DNA of 53,861 nucleotides, counting the filler, from Sphacelaria rigidula (taxonomy: Eukaryota): assembly GCA_964200075.2 (NCBI GenBank). It is 3 parts of 3 records of this genome, joined end to end, with 100 filler letters (N's around TTAATTAATTAA, not from the genome) between each part and the next. Parts side by side here need not be neighbours in the genome. Positions count along the whole stretch, not along the records: positions 1 to 17,890 come from CAXNAA020000970.1; 2 more parts are not named here. One strand, 5' to 3'. Positions within the stretch are counted from its first letter, which is position 1. Every line of letters starts with the position of its first letter. Under the pieces are notes generated by a model. That model saw only the letters and a program-made list of their open reading frames with translations. It searched no databases and had not been told where the DNA came from. Shown piece by piece: positions 1 to 12,093 of the stretch. The translations under genes were made by a program, and so were the position numbers.

Positions 1-1213
1 TGTAGACAAAATCTTACAATTTTTGATGTTGGAGAGGTGTTAGTACTTATGGTTGTCCCTCTGATGGACATGAGTGCTTACAATACTCTTGTGTGTGGGT
101 GAGTTTTGCTTATACCCTGGACAATAGACTGTGTAATAGAACATTGGCGCTGCAATAGCCCCGAAAATTTGAGTTTCATCGCAAAGCTTTACGCCGTTTT
201 CAGCAGTTGGAGGGTTAAATTTTGCACACACGCATCATGGGCCATCAAAAACCTGTCAACGGACGAGGGGTTCATCACGTTCTTCATTTTCCACTGTTTT
301 CGGGTGTCCAGCGTGATTCAGAGATGGTTCAAGATCCCCGAGAACCGTAGGACACCCGAATAACGGTCATCAACAAAAGAACGACAAAAAATAGAACCTC
401 GTTCGTCGAACGTGCTGTATTAACTCGTAGTTATGACTTCCTCTGTCCCACAAGATAAGCCCGTTTGGAGGTTTCGCCGCATCTTTCGTGCGTTTTTTCT
501 ACATGTCCCGAACTCTTGTTTTGTTGTTCTCGTGAAGTTTTGGAGCAGAACTCGAACCCTAGCTGTTGCCGAGTCCCCAATAGACAAGCAGCTACACTCA
601 CGGCGATCAGAGTGTGTCGGTCGTGCACAACCGGAATCTACCGGTTGACAACCTTCCCATCGATTTTTGGAGAAATGTATTTTTTCGTGGTTCCCGACGC
701 GTCTCGGAGAACCGCCCGAAACCGTCATTTTTGAGTCTGGCGCCACCACAGCACTATTTTAGCTTGCAGCAGTCCGTTCATACCGAGTTCGGGGGTTTAC
801 TTGCCCATCCTGGGGACAATACCATGTTGTCTTTGGGTCTGGAGGGTCTTCTTGTTCTCACACAGGTCCTCAACACCTCGAAACACACTACCGTGGGTCT
901 GACGAAAAAAAAAAGGTTCTTTGTACCCCCCGTATCGCACATTGAGCCAAAGTTCTGCCAAAACTGTGGCCCTCCTTTAGGCAATCTGTCACTACATAAG
1001 CTCACTGTGTTTTTTTCACGCCGGGGATGACAGCATGTGATCCCCTGATGCTCACTACTTTTTTTTTATACGATGGCAACCATATGTGGAAGACATTTTT
1101 GAGGCCCGTATCTCGAAAACAACTGTATTAGGTACATCATCGCAATGTTTCATCACGAGCATATCCAACAAGATTTTTCAAACGGGCTTATTTTGTGGGA
1201 CAAATAAAGTAAC

Positions 1214-1533
1214 ATTCATTGTTCGTTTGTCGCACTTGAACCCCTTGCGTTCCTCGGGATGAGTCCGTGGTCTCATGAGATCAACCCATCTCTGCCCCGG
1301 TAGACGCTTTGCATCTTGGTGTCGTGGATTGGGTCATGACTATCACCACTCCCGCAACGCGGCAGGTCAAGTCAAACAAACTCAGTGGACTACTTTGTTT
1401 ACTCACGTTCTCACGCTTTCCACGTTCGAAATCAGACACTGCGACGAAAAAACCCAACGGATCGGGAATCGAACCCCCGTCCTATCCACCCTAATGGCGA
1501 CAGTCGAACGATTACACCACCGGGGCGCGGCGG
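1214..1533 (-). mobile_element. tRNA-derived SINE, family 1 (full-length copy; 3' end shared with the RTE LINE)
   Basis: Minus strand reads CCGCCGCGCCCCGGTGGTGTAATCG (A box)...GGGGGTTCGATTCCCG (B box), T-run, body, then CATGAGACCACGG...GTTCAAGTGCGACAAACGAACAATGAAT. Homologous copies at 52944-53292 and 53741-53861. Confidence 0.8.
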
Positions 1534-1867
1534 TAGTACATTTCTGAAAAACACTCGCGAGGGCAAGATTACGAAAAAACATGCTGTATCATTTAGGTTG
1601 TATCCCTTTAGTGTCATCGACGTTTTGGTGAAAAATGGGTATTGTTATTGCCCTCACCTCATGAACAATGAAGGGGGGTAGCATGCATGTTTTCATCATG
1701 CCCTTGCGCTACTCCGCACCAAGTTTCGTTTGCAACTCTCGAAAGGGAGATGCGGAATCAAGATGTAGGGCCAGACCTGTTTTGATGCTGGACCAGCTCA
1801 TTGAGCTGGGACAGCCATATTGCACATTATTCTGCCATTGCGACGCTGCAGCAACGGGGACCGTAAA

Positions 1868-2222
1868 TGTAGTGTGTTTTGTGTTGTCATGCCACCTATT
1901 CTGGACGCCAGTCTAGACCTCTGTGTATACGTGGGCGCATCATTCGTGGTCACACAGGAGGAAGGCCAACACAGTGATTGTTTCTTCATGTTGGTAATCC
2001 ACCTTCCTTCTGCGTCCCTTTTTATCGCGAAATGAGTGCAGTGATCCATTTCCCGCGTCGATCATGAAGTCGAGTATTGTGTATCTACGACATACTCGCT
2101 CTCCACTGTTGGGTATGGTGTGATAATCAAAACCAGACCGTAGAACTTCACCGAAACTCGAACCCGCCACCGAACCGTCAGAAGGTTCCGAGGTCGCCAA
2201 CTAAGCCAGCGGAGCGACTGGC
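1868..2222 (-). mobile_element. tRNA-derived SINE, family 2
   Basis: Minus strand head GTCGCTCCGCTGGCTTAGTTGG (A box)...GGGTTCGAGTTTCGG (B box). The 3' part GCGCCCACGTATACACAGAGGTCTAGACTGGCGTCCAGAATAGGTGGCATGACAACACAAAACACAC recurs at 36490-36556 (+). Confidence 0.7.
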
Positions 2223-2584
2223 CTAGTGTGGCTCATGGGAAAACGAATGGAATTTTGTCAGCCTGCGTACATGAAACGTCCGTAAATACTCCGCAAAAGA
2301 GTTTCGGCGTGACCTGGAACGACGCGGCTTTTTTGGGTGTGCTGATTGGCTTGAACCAACCCATTGTTTCACCTTCCCTCCAACCACCCAGAGTAGGTCT
2401 GTACAGAACTTTCTGTCACGTTGCGCCACGTATAGTGACTGCGCCTTCGACTCTGCACTGCAGAGAATGCCAACGCAAATGGCTCATCGCCTATACGTGC
2501 ACGTTTTTGTCAGTCATTTTGTGTCTGGTTATTGTTCGGCCTGGCATGAGGGCAGCTTGCCATGTAATGGGAAACATGTCTCCG

Positions 2585-2603
2585 CTGCTGCTGCTGCTGC
2601 TGC
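2585..2603. repeat. (CTG)n microsatellite
   Basis: Direct read GCTGCTGCTGCTGCTGCTG. Confidence 0.9.
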
Positions 2604-3849
2604 TCTGGAGTCGGGGTACATCTCCAGACTTTGTCTGCACTCAACTGTATAAGCTACAAATTAAACGGCAAGTAGTGCATGTGTAAGAAAAATGCCCTTG
2701 ATCTCGTAGGACCAGACCTTGCGTGTGCGTAACGTTGTGGTGGGCTCTGCCATGGGAAGGAGGAAGGAGTCACCCAAGACGTGACCCCTACTGACCTCAC
2801 ATCAGAAGCACATCGCCTAACTCACAGCTTACAGCACACCACATGGGCAACCCCCGAACACGTAGCTTTATTGATTTCTTTTCACGTCTATTGTACTATG
2901 TCGTTCTCTTCGACGTACTGAGCCATATTTTGCCCAAGCTGTGTTGCCTCCACTCGCAATGCAGCACGCTGTAAACTGCCGAAGTGAGTCCTCTCGTCCA
3001 CTGGGCTGAAGAAAGGTAAAGCTTGATTTTGTTCATCAGCGTAAGCAGGAAATATTTGTTAAGAGCCTTCCCCACGCAGTTGACAACGTAGCATCCCAAT
3101 TCGTTTCTGCATTCTGCAAAAGAAACGAGTTTCATAAGCTGCACGCATATATATTTTTTTCGTTTCATTGATACGTAAGCAGTATGAAGCTGAAGAAGAT
3201 TGACGGCTGTACCACTACATCCGGAGAATGAAATGTCGAACTTTGATCACACGTTTTGCATAAGCGGGTTGAAATGTTAGTGATCCCTGACATGGTGGGT
3301 GCTGGACGTTTATATGCGTTTTTGATCGAGGTGAACAAGTAGTTTTACCACCTACGAGTTATACGCAGCGATTGAAAACACGTGCTTAAGAACGCCCAAC
3401 CCGAACACGAGGGAGCATCGAAGATTCTGGGGTATGCTGTACGAAAAATGAACGGAGATTTCAATTCGATGTCAAGGTAATGAGACGAGTTGTTGGTTGC
3501 GTTCATTTTTTTAAACGAGTACAGAAAACACAGGCCCGCACGGGTTCGGGACATGCCGTTATCAGGATCGTGTTGACTTTTTTGTAACAGATCATGTTGG
3601 AGGTATTATCAGTACATCATGGTGGATGCATTCGAAGTCCGGAACTGTCATTCTATTAGTGGTCGATTCGCTGAAGCCACGAGTCTTGGGCGGCGGCTGT
3701 TCGTGTAGGCCCCCTCAGTACAGGATACTGCAGGGGGTAAATTTTGGGGGCTACCAAACGCGGGGGGTATTGACTGGGGGGGTATATCTTCGGGGGGAAA
3801 TATGCTTCAGTTATTCTGCACTATCAGACATGTCTCGCATTACAAGCAC

Positions 3850-5100
3850 ATTCTTGCATAGCGAGGTGGGCCTACCCAGTTAACCGCAGAAGGGATTGCC
3901 ATGTTCCAATGTATCCGATTTCGTGTGTCGGGTTTTATCGTCTGGGTTACTGGGCTCCTTGCGGAGGGATGTTGCAGGTGCAGTATGTCTTCCCCGCATC
4001 AAGGTGGTGTGCGCGCAGTGTGACACGCCGGTGCTTTATAGCCACACGGTTGCTACCCAGACATTTGATCTCCTTCCGATGACATGTAGATATGTCTTCG
4101 TGAGCTGAGGCTACAGACCACCAGACAGGTGTGAACAATTTACAGAAACCACGGTATCAAAAAACTCTAGAGATGGTGCTGCTCAATCACAGCTGCCCAA
4201 TGTTGTACTCGGTTGTCACGATCTGCCACTGAAAACCATCGAGTAGCTCCTCGTCCGATGATTCTAGCCACGTCTGGTTTGGCGCAAATATGCTCGAGGT
4301 TAACCAACGTGCATGCAGGGTTCCCCGAATGCTACCTCGGATTCGAGCTCGAGGTGGTCTCGATCTGTGGATCATTCATTCGGTGAAAAATCGCAGTTTG
4401 GTTACGACAACGCCATGTCAGTCAAAAGGATCTGGGATAGCACTACCGCGTCGTGTCGCCGGTTGAGCACGTTGACTGTTTCACCCAATTTGAACGGATT
4501 TTCAATCCTTGGCAATATTTTCCCGCCTCAATTGTAATCTCATCCATCACGCGAACTGCGACGAACCGTAACTCGATCAAGATGTGAAATTTCATTTTTT
4601 CCCTACATATTTTTTGTGTTCGATATCAGCATGTTCACGCGGTGACTAGCATTGCACGCGATCCAACTGTTGCCCAGAGGTCCAACCCACCTTCATATTT
4701 CAATCCGAGCTACTTACAGCGTTGGAGGTTTAGTGGAATCGTTGCAGCTAGTTGTTGCTGACGTGGCTACCTCATAGCCCGCCTGCACTTTTCAGCAGCA
4801 CGGGGTCGTTGGGGGAAATTGGTTATCCAATCATTTCTTCGAAATGTGTTGTAAATGATCCTCTTTTTCCACCCATTGTCAGATGTTAGGTTACGCCGAG
4901 CCACTGAGTCAGGTGTACGGCACCTTACCGTTGTCACTGGCTTCAATTGTAAACCCTCTCCGGGCGTTGTCATATGTTGACGTTTCAAATGATCTGACAA
5001 TTGTTGCTCTAGTCTATTCAGCCTGAAATTACAGCGCCAAAAACGATTGTACATCTGTTTAGTGTAGGAACATCTTTTCAAACCTTCTCGACTCACGTCT
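3850..5100 (-). pseudogene. possible highly decayed Ty3/Gypsy integrase relic
   Basis: Broken minus-strand frames with faint integrase-like words (H..PG...RT..V.RR...GW; TDRD). Many stops and frameshifts; recognised by eye only. Confidence 0.25.
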
Positions 5101-6249
5101 GGTACTTGAAGTCATATGAGTCATTGCTGTTGCGATTCAGATTCGGTGTTCATAAGAAGTGATGTTTCTAGGTGTATGCCTGTGCCGCGTACGAAACGAA
5201 TGTAACATATAGTACCAGGTATGTAGCAACAAAGGGATCGTCTCAAATTCTAACCAGAAACACGTGGCCACGACGGAATGCCACAGGTCGATAAGCATAT
5301 GCATGTTTGATTTCATTGTTCGATCGTCGCATATCACCCGATTCCCAGAGAACCAACCGTGGTGATACGGTAGACGTGTCCAAGATTAATTTAACATGAA
5401 TACTCGCTAAATATAAGGAAAGCAAAACAAAGACAAGAAAATCTAGAAGTGAACCACCTCTGCAACATGCCTTCAGGTGGAAACGGACTTGCGCAAAAGC
5501 AAATATATTTGTACCGGAACGAAAAGAAGACTTGGCAATACGGTAAGGCTAATCTAGTTCGGCCAAACTATTTTGGGTACGGACTCTCATCCATGAATCC
5601 TACTGGAGTGAGGCACCAAACTCCGAGTCACACATACCGGGACGAAGGGGATACGTAAAACAGTGTAGAATTGTAGGAGCAGCGAACGCCACAAGACCGA
5701 CAGGGGGCCAAATGTTCAAGCTCTGAATATCCGTGGTAAACGTTCTGGTTTATGTGCTCCAATCCGCGATACCGCAATGTAAGCCGTGGACGGCGGGAAA
5801 GATGGATCTATACCTTGAGTCCACGAACTCGTCTCGAGGAAAACGAGAAGGTGTTGGGACGTATGATCAAGAAAGCGTTATGGACAACGTTCGGCACTTT
5901 TACGTGGTGTGGGGGCCAGACTCTTGTCCGGAGATCAAAACAGCCATGTTTTACAGAAGAGGGTGTAGGCAGATTGGGATAATGAATAAACGCAAGGCGG
6001 TGCAGGTCTTGGCGTTTTCATCCTTTCGGGCACAAGCCCCCAGCCTCGCTGCTGCATGTAATCTGGGCGTTGAAGCAAATTCCGAAGGTGCTTGAGTCAC
6101 TTCTTGTGGAATAAAAATCCATTCAAACCAGGGTTACAGTCGACTTTCTTTCATGGTGGAAAGAGCATGGTACTACTTTTTGAAGACGTCTTGCCCCCAC
6201 GCGACAGTGCTGTATTGAGTGGTGGAGTTGTTTGTGCCCGAAAGAACAG

Positions 6250-6780
6250 TCCGTCACAACAAAAAATCCTCCCGGTGCTGAGGTTGTGTATCTCCCCAGC
6301 CTCACCCACCCTCTCGTCAGTTTCAACGTCACTAGAAATTTTCATTTTTAGCAGGTATCGGTTAAAACCTGCCGTAGTTCGACTGTGTATTGATTCATGG
6401 GTCGAAGCAACCGAGAATATACCGACAGCATCAAGAACGCGGTGGTCGGGTGCAAGAAAACACTCGATAATACTTACGGGACTGTACAGAGCAAGAGTCT
6501 GTCGGCACGAACTTGGTCAGGGATGGTGGTCTTCGGATACTTAGTGATTGTGTAGACAACATGGCGAGATAGAGGCGACTACAAATAGTTAATTTACCGC
6601 TTGGCTTTTGACAGTCTTGACAACCACATTGAAGTGATGTCGAACATCGAAAACAGAAAGAAATAAGTTCTCGATTTTTCTTGAATTGGACACTTTTTGA
6701 CGATTCTTGATCAGCTGCGCTTGCAAGAGTCCGCCCCAAAATTTACACAGTGAAGCAAGTCGAATTTCTCCCTCGGTTTG
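6250..6780 (+). pseudogene. decayed Ty3/Gypsy reverse transcriptase fragment
   Basis: ISPASPTLSS...KPAVVRLCIDSW...LYRARVCRHELGQGWW, then LPLGF in another frame. This follows the Gypsy RT order I.PS.SP..SP / RLCIDYR / L.GA..FS..DL..GYW / MPFGL. It is interrupted by the LINE at 6782. Confidence 0.55.
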
Positions 6781-6781
6781 A

Positions 6782-7675
6782 TGTTGATGTTGATTCGATT
6801 GATCGATTGCCGCAATTTAACCGATCTCCCAGGGATCCAGCCGTGGTGACATGATGAACGTACCCGAGACAAATCAAAACTGAGACACTTACTGAAAAAA
6901 AATGTGGAGCAGTACAATACAGCGTAGTAGAAGAAATATATGAAAATGAGAGAAATGGCCGGTTTCTGCCACACGGCTCCAACGGATTAGATCTTGCACA
7001 AAACAACACTCTTACCCAGTCTTGGAAAATGAAAGGTCGTGAAAGAGGAAAGGGATGCGGCTCATCTTCTACTACGGCCGCTCTATTTAGGGTATGGCAC
7101 TTCCTATCCATGTAGAAACACAATGAAGCGAGGTACCACACTGGTCTGGCTTACACCGGCAGGAAAGAACTCATACAAGAGCGAGATATGAAAAAAAGGG
7201 AGAACAGAGGAGGAGACTACGGAAGTGGCTAATCTCAAAGAATTGAGCGCAGCCGAGTAGATACAAACACACACCAGGGGACACCTCAAAGCCACCGGCC
7301 AAGGGCAAAATCAACAAACGATATGAGCACACAGGATTCAATTGGCTGCCCTAGACGTTGCAGCTTCTCGTTGGTGACGACGGTTCGATTATCGTCTGTC
7401 CTCGCGTCGCGACGTGTTCTCAAGCTCTTCCGCTCCAATCCCAATCCAACATGCAATCTGCCTATGATCTTCGCCGCAGTGACCAATTTTACGCATCGTA
7501 ACCTCTACACCTTAAACAAACCGTTCCCGTCGTGCTTTTTTGTGCGAAAATTTCCTTTGTGCACATAGGGTACACCAGAGGTTTTCCTCACATCGCCTGG
7601 GGGGGACGGTCAGCCTCCTTGGGCCCTCGTGCGATTAGTCGTCCGTTCATGATGGATTTAGGAAGGCTGTTCGTC
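6782..7675 (-). mobile_element. decayed 5'-truncated RTE-type LINE copy
   Basis: Reverse complement aligns with 31310-32069 (e.g. RKSLRTRRDART vs RKSLRTRGDART in equivalent frames). It ends in CACCACGGCTGGATCCC...GTTAAATTGCGGCAATCGATCAATC tail; ORF frameshifted. Confidence 0.8.
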
Positions 7676-7728
7676 CCAATTTAATTCCTTGTATTTTGAT
7701 GGGGGCAGCGCATCCAATATATAAGTAC

Positions 7729-8019
7729 CATCTGCGTTGTTTCAAGGGTGGGAGGGAGGTTACCAGCATCGTGGACAAAAGCAACCTCCCCTTCTTTTGG
7801 AACACAGATGATGAGAGCCTGTACATCCAGAGCAGTTCCTCCCTCAAGATACAGTATGTATGGTCTTTACCCCGAAAAAAAGGGAAGGCAAGTCGACAAC
7901 TTGTGTCATTTTGGACGACTTGGAAGTTGTAGCCAAATCTCCGGCAGGCGTATCATCACGAACACTTGGAACGAAAACAACCCCTCCTTCCCATTCCCAT
8001 TCGTGAAACAACGCAGATG
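7729..8019. mobile_element. MITE with 16-bp perfect TIR (possibly CMC/EnSpm-like)
   Basis: CATCTGCGTTGTTTCA at 7729-7744 and TGAAACAACGCAGATG at 8004-8019. The dinucleotide AC on both flanks could be a 2-bp TSD. Confidence 0.6.
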
Positions 8020-8988
8020 ACGACACTTCTGTACTGAATACACGTGTCCCGTTCAAAATATGATTTTTAATTCGGAACAAACCGAGCGCGAAAACTTGGG
8101 TCACCCCAACTCAGACCAAACTTCGGATTTGTCCCTCAGGTTCCAGGATTGGAATCCTATGTTTCGAAGATAACGGCAAATTGAAATACGAACGCCATCG
8201 TGTCCGGTGTTGAGATGCTAAATTTATTCACGAGGGCCATCGGCAGGAATTTTGGGAAAACGAACGGTGGGGTGGGGGGTTGTGGGGCGGAGGGGTTAGT
8301 TTTCGAACCCCAACCCTAACCCCAAGCTTTTTGCAACATGTTGCCTGCCGCAAAGTCAGCCACAAATTCCATGTCGCCCCCATCGTTCACATCAAAATCA
8401 ACATCGAATTTACTGCTGTGTTTGTACGAGTCAGGACACTGAAGCACGGAAGAAAGCGCGACAGATGTCCGAAAGCAGTGGCTTGTAGTGTTTATCCCAA
8501 ACACGAAGAAAACATAGGAACTCTTGATGATTGTACCGATATACCTGCAACTGGGGGTGATGTTACCGCAAATGTTTGGAAGCTACCTGTGTTGCCCGAG
8601 TTTGGAGAGTTCAGACCTTCAATTTTGACAAATACAAATATTATCTGAAGGCCACCGCTAGTGTTTGATGTTCATTTTTCCGGGAGAGGTATTTTTTTCG
8701 AGGATCCAGCTAACCCGACAAAACGACTCCACTGTTCTCCCCGAGTATGCTCTACAGAAAACGGCACTGTTGATGGACCTGTGGTGAGTGCGGATGAACT
8801 TCTGGCTTCCCCAATGTGGATGCTTGTAGGTCTTGAGACGAACGCTCCAGATCCCAGGAACACACGGTTGACACGAGCTCCGCTCTTGCGAACTCATGCC
8901 AACGAGATGGAAAAATGTTTCAAAGCGTTTAGTAGTGACATGTTTTGTCCGCTGGATCGCCCGCTATTTCGCCTACCGTTATAACCAG

Positions 8989-9684
8989 CTGTTCCTGACC
9001 GAGAGGGCGCTACAACTTCTCGTCGTAGACCTCGACAAGTATTTCCGGAAGCTGTCTTTTCGGGGAGACGCTGTGTACATCTGGCTGGATGCCCTGTTGT
9101 GTCGGTTGCCTGGGTGTGCAGTCTTGGTCGTCGCTACCCACACGGACCGTTTCGGCAAAAATCGAGGGCAAGTGGAAGCTGCTTTGAGGGATCTACAGGC
9201 TGACATCGATAACCACTTGACATGCAAACGTCAAGAGTGGGAGCGTGCCGCAGCATGCATGCAAAGGGCCAATCAGGAGCGTGGCCGTCCAGCAAGGGCA
9301 GCACCTTCCGTCACGATTTGCGGCGTAGTGGAGGCTTCCGGCTGTGTCAGTCATGATCTGTGCCGTATCCGGGATGAGATCTGCAGATTAGCTGGAGAAG
9401 GTGGCACAGATTCGAATGGCCGGCGGCTTTTCCCGAACGTCGGTCAGACGGTACCGGTGTCTTGGGTAAGGGTGTGGGCGATGACGGAGGCCTTGCTCCT
9501 GGGCGGTGAGCCCTTAACGGCGGCGAGGTCGATAGGTCAGCCAGTGGTCCCAATTGCATCCCGCGAAAAGCACAACTTCATCGCATCGGAGGTGATGCTG
9601 AAGGAGTGGTTGAAAATAGTGAGCGCCCTTAATCTGACGGCAGAGGTCGGGCGGACACCTCTCGACGAAGAGCAAGTTCTCAAG
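8989..9684 (+). CDS. ROCO (Roc-COR) GTPase, internal exon A: Roc second half and start of COR
   Basis: accag|CTG acceptor, AAG|gtgaaa donor, phase 0/0. Peptide LFLTERALQLLVVDL...WLDALLCRLPGCAVLVVATHTD carries the Roc post-G3 segment and the G4 TH-x-D motif; VPVSW starts COR. P-loop, G3 and N-terminal exons are not on this contig. Confidence 0.88.
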
Positions 9685-9948
9685 GTGAAAACATGAGATG
9701 TGTGCAAAGTTTGCGACAGACACGTATACCGACACTCGACTGTTGCGTGGGTGGACGCATCACCTATGCATGGGTGTTACTCTGTCACAGTGACAGTAGC
9801 AGTGGATGCTTCGAATTCCTTGTGATCCGAGTTACCGTCGGCGATCTAGTCTATGTACATAATCGTACCCGTTGCTTTTTCGCCTTCACGTTATGGCAGT
9901 TAACCTTGCCGATCCCGTGCTGTGTGCCCACCCCGATTGTTTTTGCAG

Positions 9949-10896
9949 GATGCTCTCAAGATGCGCCAAACGGGAGGCACGCTGTTGGTTGTCTGTGACC
10001 TCGTTCATCTTGACCCGTCGTGGATCAATGTACCCCTACAAGCGCTCCTTGATCACCGCCTAGCAGATAAGCGGCAAGAGAGTGAATGGATTGAGCAGCT
10101 TGAAGGTTATAGCGCAAGTTGTGGAATCCTTCCATCAGAGCTGATGCGACTCCACAGGAACTTCATCAGAACGGGCCGGCTCACGGAAACGTACTTGCAC
10201 TTTATATGGCGCGAGATTTTAGAGCTTGACTGCCCACGAGTGTTCAGCCGGATGATCGAGACGATGTCAACATTTGGTGCCATGTTCACGTGCGACCCTA
10301 GCCGGGGTGTGGAGAGGGAGCTTGACTACCCAAGAGTTGTCGGCTGGATGATCGAGAAGATGCCAATTTTTGGTGCTAGGTTCACATCTGATCCTAGGCG
10401 GGGTGTGGAGAGGGAGCTACTGGTGCCCGCCCGCCTACCGAGTGCAGTGGATGGTGACACTCTAGCAAAACTTGAGTCAGCAATTTCCAGAGGTGTCAGG
10501 ATGCGGTTCGTGATCAAGATTTTCGCTAAGTACATACCCGCGGGGGTCATCGCCCAGTTCCTCGGGAGCTTTCGTAGGAGCAATCATATTGTGTTCCGCG
10601 CATGTTGGAGACGGGGTGCAGCATTTATGATGAACGGTAGGGAGCATCTGGTTTGTCTTCACGAACCTGTGGCAGGGACTGTGGCGCGAATCGAGATTAG
10701 CATCGCAGGTAGCACCCGAGAGACTGTATCCGACCACGGCCTCGCTACCATGGAGGCGCTGAGCAAGCTGCTGTCGGACAGGTACCCGGGGCTATCGTTT
10801 GATGCTTCCGGCGACCCTCAATTCATGGAGGGTACCGAAGCGTGGAAGGATAGCTTCGATAGCCTACAAGCGCATCTAGAACGTCGAGCGGACCAG
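9949..10896 (+). CDS. ROCO GTPase, exon B: COR domain (with 96-nt internal duplication)
   Basis: ttttgcag|GAT acceptor, CAG|gtatac donor, phase 0/0. Peptide has COR motifs VHLDPSWI, LLVPARLP, YIPAGVIAQF, CWRRGA. Confidence 0.88.
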
Positions 10897-11334
10897 GTAT
10901 ACCGTATACGGCATATATCTAGTGTCATCAATATTTTTGGCCTGTTACATGTCCCAATCCCCTCATTTTTGGGGTTTGCCGATCCAAGTTCGTATGGAGA
11001 TTTAGTTTCTCTCACTACAGCAGGCAGCGTTTCCTGCGAAGGATGTGTGAACTCGAATTGTTTTTTGTTTGTCGCGCACTGCGGTGAGGTGGTTATTGCG
11101 GACCGCTGTTCCCTGGTCCGTTGCTCACGCTGTCCACAAAGCGAGTGTGCATGTTCACACCATCGAAGTTTCTCTGGACAACAGATGGGGTGTAATATGC
11201 TGCAGGTGGGTGGCAGTGTCGGTCCATGCTGCTTTGTTCACTGCCCTCAGCGTATAGACTACATATGCTGAAACCGATCAAAGGTACCCCTTAACGTGAA
11301 CATGCATTCGTTCTTTTATTGTTCCACTACTCAG

Positions 11335-12093
11335 CTTCAGCAGGGTCTCGAGGTTGCACTGGAGAATATCCTTGACGCGTGTCGGGCTCGTGAACAGGAA
11401 CAAATGAGCAAGAAGATCGACACCCTGGTCCAAAATCTCCACAATGTGCGTCTGAGGTTGGACAGAAACGACCCGCAGCCGCTTGGCGATATAGTGGATA
11501 CGCTGGTGCGCGAGCTTGGAGCGAAGATAGACGGAGGTGGTCTGCGTGACACGGAGCGTCAAATATTGCGACGCGTATCGCTGGACATGGCCTGCTTGAG
11601 GTGGCCCGTACCTCGCCTGGCGTGTCTCCTGCCAAAACATGAGGGCACTCTCAGCGATGACGACAGAAGCTTGTCGAGGTGGTCTGACCGGCTACGGGCT
11701 TGGTGCGGCGACGGCAACAGGGCTGGTAGAGGCATGGTCAGGCGGAAACTCCGCCTGTTTTTTATCTGCGCTCATGACTATAGCCTAGCGGAGTGCGGAC
11801 CTAATGGTCAAGGATACAAGGTGAAACAGCTGAGGGAGTGGGCAGCGAAGGCAATGCCGCTTGCAAAGGTGACCCTGGCCCTCGCGAGTATCACTCTCAA
11901 GGTGTGCACCGGTTTGTCTATTCCGACGGACGACGTCGATGCTGCCTTCGGAGACTCCTTGGGAGGCGTAATATCGGATATCGTCAAGGAATCAGGGACT
12001 GCAGCTGTCGATGAGATGACGACCGTTGCGCGAGATGGTCTGGAGAGTGGCGCCGACGGACAGCAGCTGGAACACTTGAGCGAGGACCCAAAG
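11335..12093 (+). CDS. ROCO GTPase, exon C: coiled region plus C-terminal domain
   Basis: ttcttttattgttccactactcag|CTT acceptor (nearby in-frame CAGs are alternatives), AAG|gtaggc donor, phase 0/0. Peptide WPVPRLACLLP...LRLFFICAHDYSLAECGPNGQGYKVKQLREW. Confidence 0.82.

Noticed and set aside
1455..1533. tRNA gene (also at 2150-2222, 27522, 41549, 42291, 49800, 52944, 53741)
   Set aside because: A/B boxes are present but there is no pairing acceptor stem or proper cloverleaf. Most continue into shared repeat bodies, so they are SINE heads.
8309..8325. Telomere-like CCCAACCCTAACCCC
   Set aside because: Only a single CCCTAA unit; not an array.
1..8988. LRR or P-loop exons of the ROCO gene
   Set aside because: I searched by eye for G.IP.EL/L..L.L..N.L, GxxxxGK[ST] and WDF.GQ coding segments and found none.
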